A stretch of 64,000 bases of DNA from Tubiluchus corallicola (taxonomy: Eukaryota; Animalia; Priapulida), in NCBI GenBank assembly GCA_030141605.1, contig JAQGDQ010002382.1, forward strand, positions 124,001-188,000, written 5' to 3'. Below are positions 55,331 through 64,000 of the stretch, piece after piece. How positions within the stretch are numbered: the first letter of the stretch is position 1; each line of letters starts with the position of its first letter. Position numbers and translations under genes: made by a program. The notes below the pieces were generated by a model, which was given only the letters and a program-made list of their open reading frames with translations, was not told where the DNA came from and made no database searches.

Positions 55331-56923
55331 TATTTCGCGTCGTCACTATTGTTTTCGTCACTTCTCAGAACATTATTCCCCTATAGTTATAATATTGCTA
55401 TAATACGCAAAACCGTCTTACAACAACTATACCTCCTTCATTCTTTTTTCATCCTTCAAACATCAACATCACTCACCAATGTTTTCATCGTCGTCGTCGT
55501 CGTCGGTAGCTCATTGTCGATGTCATCTGTTCTTGTTATCATTGCCAGTAACTTTGTCTGTTTTTAATCTACCCTTTGCTAGTTTGGTTTTGTTTTATGA
55601 CGCAGATTTGCACGTTTATAGAAATACAATCTAGACGAGCGCATCCCTTCTCATTAAATGCAACACTTAGAGAGAAATGTGCTGGTAAATTGTTTCTAAA
55701 CAACCCTAATTGTTGAGTTGAACAAACATTAAAAGCCTTGTAGGTAAAGGCGAAATTACTTGCATTTGCACAATTATTTTAACATACAAACTACATGTAT
55801 TTTTACAAGCAAATGAAAAAAAATTGTAATCAAATCTTATCTCTGGCCTTCAGGTGTGAAAATAAATTGATAAAGTGGGTGTTATGGTGGCCATAAGAAC
55901 GGAAGAAACGTGATAATGGTAAAGGTACTTTCACATGCATACAGAATGTGCTGCGATGATGTCGATCGGGCAGACGATTATTCACTTGTTTCGTTGGAAG
56001 TACATTCCGTAAAAATATGAAAGCACCTTTAGTTATTATATAGTCAGAAATTTATTTTATCGTAAAAATAAGCTTCGATGAGATTGCTGTATTACAAAGA
56101 AAGTTCTTAGAAAACAAAAATATTGCCGCATGAAATAAATGTAATATCGCGCAACAAAACAAAGTTGCCAACGAAAGTGTTTTAAATAATTATCTGATAA
56201 AAGTAAACAAGTTACTATTGGATGAAGCTTGAAATATTGTCTAAAACAAATACTAGGCATCATTTCGAATTTCGAATAATGCTGGAAAAATATGCAGGTC
56301 ACGACAAGTGATCGTCACAACAGAATGTGCTTTTTCTGTTTTTTTTTCACTGAAAACTCAACAGTTATTTTAATTAGAATAAAACGATAATAGTCTTTAA
56401 AAACAAATTACCAAAAAGCTCCCTTCGCTTGTAAGCCTATAATTTCTCCAATGGGCTTTCTTGATTTTTTTCGGTGAATTTTTTCAACCAATCACCATTC
56501 TTACTGGGTAATGAGCTTGAGCTCTTACAAATTAGAAAAGTTTCACAAGAGTTCACTGCTGTACCTGAAGATTATAGTCCCTATACGACGTCCTCATAAC
56601 ATTAATTTTAAATACGTAATTGTTAAATTATTATTTAAAGATAGTCACGTGTGTCTCTTCTTTCCCATTATTGAACATTATTTTATTATAAACTAACACA
56701 TTCGTACAATAATTCAATTTTCATTCGTCTTAAATGCAAAATTTGATAATTTTTAATTACCTGGTACATGCGCATTAACTAATTAATTATATTAGTAACA
56801 ATTCTTACCTATGTTAGGGTGCAATGAACAATTCACCTTACAATAAGGCTACAGATGAATCTGCCATTGGCTCTATTTTAGTGTTTAAAATGAATGATTA
56901 CCGTTAGAAGTGTGCATACTTAC

Positions 56924-57194
56924 TTGCAAATAAACTATTGACTAGATTAAAAGGTAAACAGAAGAGCAACACCAATATGTCCGCCGCCGCAAGGTTAGCA
57001 ATGAAAAGATTGGTAACGTTCCACATGTGTGGACTTCGAATCACCACAGCTAACACAAAACTGTTTCCAACCACTCCCACAATGAACACTATCACGTACG
57101 CCATTGTTAGAAACACTATTTCCCAGTTATGGTCCAATTTTAGCTCCGTGCTGTAGGATAAGTTAGTTCTCGATATATCGGTGGAATTCGACAT
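56924..57194 (-). CDS. SIFamide/NPFF receptor-like GPCR, first coding exon (N-terminus, TM1, TM2)
   Basis: aaacATG with an upstream in-frame TGA (57300-57302). Encodes [13 protein letters not shown] (N-glycosylation sites), TM1 [24 protein letters not shown] and CLPFNL. Phase-1 donor A|GTAAGT. The exon's own acceptor ttttcttatAG at 57308-57309 implies an upstream UTR exon. Confidence 0.93.
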
Positions 57195-57732
57195 GTTTTG
57201 GAATAATATGGTCGCCAGTAAAAGCAAATTAACGTTCAGCGTCCACTGAAGTATGACTGCTGCCGCTAGCCACTGGTGATTAATGAAGAGACTGGTCCTT
57301 CAGGTCACTATAAGAAAAGAAAAGAACTTCGTAAAGAAGAATTTTGATTTTTTACAGCTTCCTACTAGATAAAAACTAGGAAAAATATTTATTAATGGTA
57401 AATGACATTAACATTATCGCGATTAACATTATCGTTTATTTTCATAAGCAGTTGTGTAATGCATCTTATATTATGTACGTATAAATAATGTAATGTACAT
57501 ACCCTCATAACGTTTCTTGTATATATTTCTTGCATATACAATATATATTGTATATATATACAGGGCCTAGTATATTTTTCACGGTCATAAACTCTAACCT
57601 CACTATCAACAACAATGCAAAAGGTAAAGAACAATGTTGATATCGATCCCTTCCCCAATTCTACCTAGCCAATCACAAGACAGGTCACGTGACTTTCACA
57701 GAAATTATACCTGGTTCTACATTATACATAAT

Positions 57733-57978
57733 GGTAATCCCCCAATTCGCCAGTTATCTTTTCGCCAGTCTACTTTTTCGTCAGTGCACTTTTTCGCCAG
57801 TCTACTTTTTCGCTAGTGCAATTTTTCGCCAGTCTACTTTTTCGCCAGTGCACTTTTTCGCCAGTCTACTTTTTCGCCAGTGCACTTTTTCGCCAGTCTA
57901 CTTTTTCACCAGTGCACTTTTTCACCAATTACTTTTTCGCCTGGCGAAAAAAGTAGACTGGCGAAACGATATACAATC
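57733..57978. mobile_element. Mutator/MULE-like non-autonomous element with 17-18-bp subterminal tandem repeats
   Basis: Perfect 9-bp TSD ATACATAAT (57724-57732 / 57979-57987). About 11 units of TTTTTCGCCAGT(C/G)(T/C)AC followed by two inverted units (CTGGCGAAAAAAGTAGACTGGCGAA). Confidence 0.75.
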
Positions 57979-59539
57979 ATACATAATAAACCCTGTCCTA
58001 GTAAAAGTTTTCAACAGAAACAACACTGCACGCGAGTTCTTCAAATGGAAAAAGAACTTTCTCTTGGAAATTCAACAATCTAAACCACACACGCAGCGCC
58101 GCCAAGCGTATCAGACGTGCAAGATTACACCATTTTCCTCTTCAGTGTAAAATCAATAAAAACTTTTCATCAAAATACTAATCATTAGTAGCTTCTCAAG
58201 AATCTGTAATTGAGTTCAATCACTGACTAGTGAAACACGGGATGAATCTAAAGCGGGCATTCTTGCTTTTTGGTCATTATCATGAAATCTATCAAACTGT
58301 AACGCTTAGCATTTTACATGCTTTATCTATTAGCTCTGACATTCGAAGCATTGCTGACAATCGTGTAACCTTACCATAAGAGTCTCAATGGAATTTGAAC
58401 ATGACAAGCAAATGTAAGTTCGCCTGTGTCAAAGACAAAAATCTCAACAGCTACTGCGCAGACGGAAAGATAACTATTGCGCATTTACTTTTAGATTTTA
58501 CAATGCCAATGTGTACATGTACATACAGAACAATATGTAATATACAAAGTTTATAAATCATCAGCACATGAAGACACAACAAGTCGAAATTGTAAGAAAA
58601 CTTGTGCAGAGTGAACTTAACAAATGAGTGGACACAAAAAAGATAATTTAAAAAAAGAAAAAATGGTGATGAAAAAAACACAAAAACGAGAAATTGGGAC
58701 ACAGACATATAAGTTGCCGTCAATATTAACTTTTTTTTGTCATAACTGACTAACTGACGCACTACCATCATTATCTTAATCATCGTCGTTGCCACTGCGG
58801 TCGTTGTGGTCACTGTTATCGTCAAAATAATTATCATCATCATCATCGTCATGATGCCGCCGCCGTCGTTGTTGTTGTTGTTGTTGTTGTCGTCGTCGTT
58901 ATCATCACCACCACCATAACCATCATTTTTCTTTTTGCTTCTCTTCTTTTCACAAATTTCGTTTTTTGTTTTAGCGTTTCTCTTTTTTAATAGCTAAAAA
59001 CACGTATCAGCAGCATCTGTATTATATTACTCTGATTTGCTTTGAGTGAATTAAAAACATTTGCCTTTGATTAGAGAATCCCCGTTCAAAAGAGGCATAA
59101 CAAGATTACTAGAGCAATCATAAAGAACGCAACATGGTAATTAACACGGTATTTTTGATTTGGTTTGTAATCATACCGCTTTATTGCTGAAAAAATAATT
59201 AAAACGATGAACGAGTATGAGTCATAAAGTCTAATTACACTCGACGCTTTGAGTGGGTCGGATACAAGTTCACTTTAGACTTGTCTTTTGTGACGGAACG
59301 GAAGTGTACGAGAAAATTAAAATTTAACGCGTTGCATAATAATTATATTATAATTAATTGAAGGCGTGGTACGTTTGAGTCGATCTAACCACGTGACTGG
59401 GTTTAAAATCAATCTAATGTTTCCAATAATATTCTGTTGTTAACTTCCAGCTATAGTGACTTTAATTTTCAATGTTTTATGTTGCAAAACATTTTTTGTA
59501 AACATTTATTTGAAATAATTGCCTTTAGCAAATAAATGC

Positions 59540-59930
59540 TGATCAAATTGCTTCAGGCTGCAAAATTTACAGGAGTGCAGTTTGACAGGAAAAACAAATC
59601 TATCACAAAATATACATAACTATTCCAATTGTTAATTATGATAATTAAAACGGTTAGATGAACCAATATATTGCTGCACCAGATCAAATAGAATGATGTT
59701 CTGTTCATAACTTAGTAGTGAACTACCTGAAAGAAAAACTGAAGTTTCTAATTGTGGGTTAAAGTTATTTATATTAAAAGGTAATGTGTTTGTTTGGTAT
59801 AGGTTTGTTAGTCGTTCTTTGAGGTCCTCTCTACTAGCAACATGCAAAGGGCAATCGAGCAAAAAATGTTTAATACTTTCAAAACACTTTAAATCTGAAA
59901 ACAGGCTACCTGTTGAAATTGTAGACATAA
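59540..59930 (-). mobile_element. LINE 3' fragment (C-terminal zinc-knuckle remnant)
   Basis: CFESIKHFLLDCPLH...R..L followed by LLSG/YI-like C-terminal motifs typical of CR1/L2-group ORF2 ends. Confidence 0.6.
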
Positions 59931-60422
59931 TTTAAGAGCTAGACACATTTTTTGCTATTGCTTCTTTTGCTGAAACTGTTGTTGTTACCACAGCTATTGT
60001 TGCTGCAGTTGTTACTGTCTTCTAGATGTGGCAACTGATTTTATTGGGGGTCCTACTCAGCAAATTTTATACCTATAAGGCAAAAATAAGGAACTTCCGT
60101 CTAAAAACAGTAACGAATATTCAGACATATCCAAACCCTAAGGTCCGCGCAGACATGTAAAACTTAAGAAACTGTTGATTAACTATCTGCATAACATTTC
60201 AACAATAGTTGATTCTAAATTAAAAGGTACGACTTATTTTGCTAAGAATTAGTGTATTCAATTAGCACTGTGAAACATATGTAGATGTGTTTGTCATAAA
60301 TTATGGTATTTTTTAATATACTGCGCTTAAAAAGAACCCTGTAATTGTAGGGACGTGTTCCTGTATGCCTTGTTTTTTTAATTGTGTCATTTATTAATTG
60401 TACTTGAGCTTATGTTTGTAAA

Positions 60423-60528
<106 letters not shown>

Positions 60529-61398
60529 TGATCTTTCATCGCTAAACAACATTTGTATTAATATTTCGAGTCTTTTAACTGCATAGATGGCTCCATTCGT
60601 TCACTTTTAAGCAGTTTTTGTTATTAAGGTAGCATATCACATTATGGTGCAGCTGCTACACCAATTGAGCTTAAATTTTGCATGGATTATATTGTAAAAT
60701 ATGCCCACAGTATAGTAAGAGAAGGCCAAAGATAAGAGTCGTTTCTCTCAGGTAATGCTGTAACGCTTCTCCACTTGATGTCGAGCTTACGCAGCAGTTC
60801 ATCAAAACTATTTGAACTCATCCGATAATAACTAAATTACTCGGATGAAGCCAGTAAAAGTGGTCATAGAGCTTATAAAATCGCCCTTTCACTAATCGCT
60901 GACTACCTCTTCAATCTTCATAGCGCCAGTTGCGCAATTTAAAATTGCTTGTCTGGGGGTGCGATTTTGGTGCACGAGTAAAATTGCTACAATTTTCGGC
61001 TGCACAACTTTTAATTGCGCAACTGAAAATTGCACATCTACGCGGGGACTAATAAGCTTGAAATTTAGTTCAACACGTTTGTTCTTCTCGTTATACAAAC
61101 GAGAAGTGAGGATCCCGCTGCTAAATGAACTGCCCCAGGCCTGCCCAAGCTCATATAAAGTAATTGATGAAGAATTTGTTAAATGGCGCACAAAACGGTA
61201 TAAAAGTAAAAATAGTGCGCGCACATCAATTCATGGTTAATTAAGCGCATAATTTTACAAGTTTTGCGCAATTATAAGGCAAGATTTTGCCAATTTTAAT
61301 GTAGCAAATGAAACGACATCGCAATAAACGTACCCAAGATTTTATACATTTCGTAATTAGAAATAGCAAATGAGTAGTACAAAGAAGCGCCTTTTTTA

Positions 61399-62235
61399 TT
61401 GTTGTTGTTGCTGCTGCTGCTACTACTGTTGCTGTTGTTGCTGTTGTTGTTGTTGCTGTTACTGCTGTTGCTGCTGTTGTTGTTGTTGCTGTTGTTGTTG
61501 TTGTTGTTGCTGTTGCTGTTGCTGCTGCTCTTGTTGTTTTTGTTGTTGCTGCTGTTGTTGTTGTTGTTGCTGTTGCTGCTGCTGTAGTTGCTGCTACTGC
61601 CGTTGCCGCTATTGCTGTTGCTATTCCTGTAGCTGTTGTTGTTGTTTTTGTTGTTGCTGTTGTTGTTGTCGTTGTCGTTGTCATTGTCATTTTCGTCATT
61701 GCCGTTGTTGTTGTTGTCACTGCTGCTGTTGCCATTGCCGCTATTGCTGTAGCTGTTGTTGTTGTTTTTGTTGTTGCTGTTGTTGTTGTCGTTGTTGTTG
61801 TTGTTTTTGTTGTTGCTGTTGTTGTTGTCGTTGTTGTTGTGATTGTCATTGTCGCCATTGCCGTTGTTGTTGTTGTCACTGCTGCTGCTGCCGTTGCCGC
61901 TATTGCTGTTGCTATTCCTGTAGCTGTTGTTGTTGTCGTTGTTGTTGTTATCACTGTCGCTGTCACTGTTGTTGTTGTTGTTGCTGCTGCTGTTGTTGTT
62001 GTCGTTGTTGTTGTGGTTGTTGCTGCTGGTGTTGTCATTGCCGCTATTGCTGTTGCTGTTCCTGTAGCTGTTGTTGTTGTCGTTGTCGTTGTCGCTGTCG
62101 CTGTTGCTGTTATTGTTGTTGTTGTTGTTGTTGTCATCGTAGTTGTTGCTGCTGCACATGCAGTTACCGCTATTGCTGTTCCTGTTCCTGTAGCTGTTGT
62201 TGTTTTTGTTGTTGTCGCTGTCACTGTCGGTGTCG
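61399..62235. repeat. (GTT/GCT)n compound microsatellite with higher-order duplicated blocks
   Basis: Triplet repeat in which the motif GCCGCTATTGCTGTTGCTATTCCTGTAGCTG recurs near 61605, 61737, 61896, 62040 and 62167. Confidence 0.9.
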
Positions 62236-62519
62236 CTGTACACGTTTAGTAGTTTTATTACCAGGTGTGGCAATAATGTGTATTTCTAGGACTGACTCTA
62301 ATAAGAAAGCTGCCGGCGATAAGTTCACGCCATGCTTAAAAGTAATTATTGAGAATTAGCGACGTTATTTAATTCTTAACTCTCAGTGGATGTTAAAGGT
62401 ACTGAAATGTTATCCTACAGAGCAAAAAGTAGATCTCGATGCGGTAATTTTCAAATCTCAGTCAGTAGAAGAAGCTCTTAACTTGAAAGAATTAACATTC
62501 TGTATATCGCGTATAATGT

Positions 62520-62560
62520 CGATAACGATAACGATAACGATTACCACAACCATAACCATA

Positions 62561-62595
<35 letters not shown>

Positions 62596-62755
62596 AACGA
62601 TAACGATAACGATAACAATAACAATAACAATAACAATAACAATCAAAATAGCAATAGCAATAGCAATAACGATAACGATAACAATAACGATAACGATACC
62701 AATACCGATAACGATAACGATAACAATAACGATAACTAACGATAATGACAATAAA
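62520..62755. repeat. (GATAAC/AATAAC)n hexamer microsatellite
   Basis: Directly visible. Confidence 0.9.
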
Positions 62756-63125
62756 AAATAATAATATGCCAAACAAATACGTACGAGAGAAAGAATCTCT
62801 ATCTGCATCCAATGAGCATTTCGCATTTACCCATATTTCTTTTGGCAGCACTTAACAACGCGCCATTAGGCTCTAAAATCGAATACAGTCTTTGTATGAA
62901 TAAGGATTTCTTTTTTCACTTGATTGAAAAAAACATCGTAAATTTAGTTGTCTTAATAATTGCCACTGTAACAGTAACATAGTGAAAAGGCCATATATGA
63001 CAGGGGTGGTGCCAAGAGCCAGAGTTGAAGACACCGGGGAAACCAAGCGAAGTGCAAGAAATATGATTTTGAGAATCTCTGTCTTAGTATAGTGATGCAG
63101 TGAATCGGCAGGCTATTTATGTTAA

Positions 63126-63740
63126 AGGACAAGAAAAGGGGTACCTCCCGTTGAAAGGATTTTTTGTTTGTTTCATTTCAAATACTCCCCCCCCCCCCCC
63201 CCCGACACTGTACCGATCGCGTCCTCATTACCTGATGTCATATATGCACAACGTAAATCAGGGGAAGAAAAGTACATGTTAGACTATGTCCCAAAAAACT
63301 TTCTATGCAAAGCTATGTTACTTAGCATTTCGCTTACCTGCTTAAATGACTTACGTAACTAGAATAGAAAATATTTAATTATTTAAAATGTTTTCACCAA
63401 TAGGTAAAATGTCGCTGTCTCACCCTCCAGGGTGCACCACTCACTAACCAAAAAACATATTTTTAATCTTATTGACAAGATACAGTAAATTAAAATTTTA
63501 CTTACTTAGTGACGTGTGCGCTACGAATGCTCAGATTATATTTCCAAATTTTACTCAGTGTTATCTAAACTTGCCTCAAATGACTTATCGTCAAAATGGC
63601 TGCTGCTAACTGTCATCGTGGGAGTTTCAATTTACATGTTTTATACAGCGTTAAGGCCGACGCAAACTCTGCATGCAAAAAGACAGTGCGTAAGTGGTAT
63701 AAATTTTGAAAACGAATTTTTTAAGCTTTATGTAAGTGGA
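63126..63740 (+). mobile_element. Copy of the Kolobok-like repeat family
   Basis: TTAA|AGGACAAGAAAAGGGGTACC start. Colinear with 21999-22670. Confidence 0.75.
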
Positions 63741-64000
63741 CGGTATTGTGGAGGGCACAAGGGTATCCCTTTTTTAGTTTGAGGAAGCTCAAATTTGGCC
63801 ACCTACTTTGTCACACATGCAAGTTAATATAGAAACTTGTGACAATTTTCAAAAAAAATATCAATCTGTACTAAATAGTTATGCACTAATATATATTAAG
63901 GTTCATTAATGCTGTAATTGTAGCTTATATACAGCTAGATTGAAATTCTAAAATTATATACGGTGTGTGATGAGTATCCCAGTACAATGAGTGGATGGTT

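Noticed and set aside
61370-62359. 329-aa poly-Cys metallothionein/keratin-associated-like protein
   Set aside because: It is a reading frame of the (GTT/GCT)n microsatellite.

Overview
AT-rich, intron- and repeat-rich animal (protostome invertebrate-like) genomic DNA, not prokaryotic. I could reconstruct three spliced protein-coding loci by hand from GT-AG junctions and reading-frame phase. (1) A + strand Ly6/uPAR three-finger, probably GPI-anchored, gene (CDS 9397-11862, 162 aa). (2) A convergent - strand five-exon gene for an unrecognised type I membrane protein (CDS 19766-13592, 358 aa) with a short Cys-rich ectodomain spaced like scorpion alpha-KTx/CS-alpha-beta toxins and a cytoplasmic tail with PY motifs. 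(3) A - strand SIFamide/NPFF-receptor-like GPCR locus in which ONE N-terminus/TM1-2 exon (57194-56924) lies upstream of TWO intact, divergent, phase-compatible TM3-TM7 cassettes (31600-30471 and 26629-24736), suggesting mutually exclusive 3' cassette splicing. Also present: one tRNA-Ile(AAT), several LINE fragments (including a 466-aa RTE-X-like ORF), hAT-, MULE- and Kolobok-like non-autonomous elements, tRNA-derived SINEs, two minisatellites and many microsatellites. Most short ORFs in the supplied track are artefacts of simple repeats or antisense frames. Family assignments come from motif recognition, not database searches.
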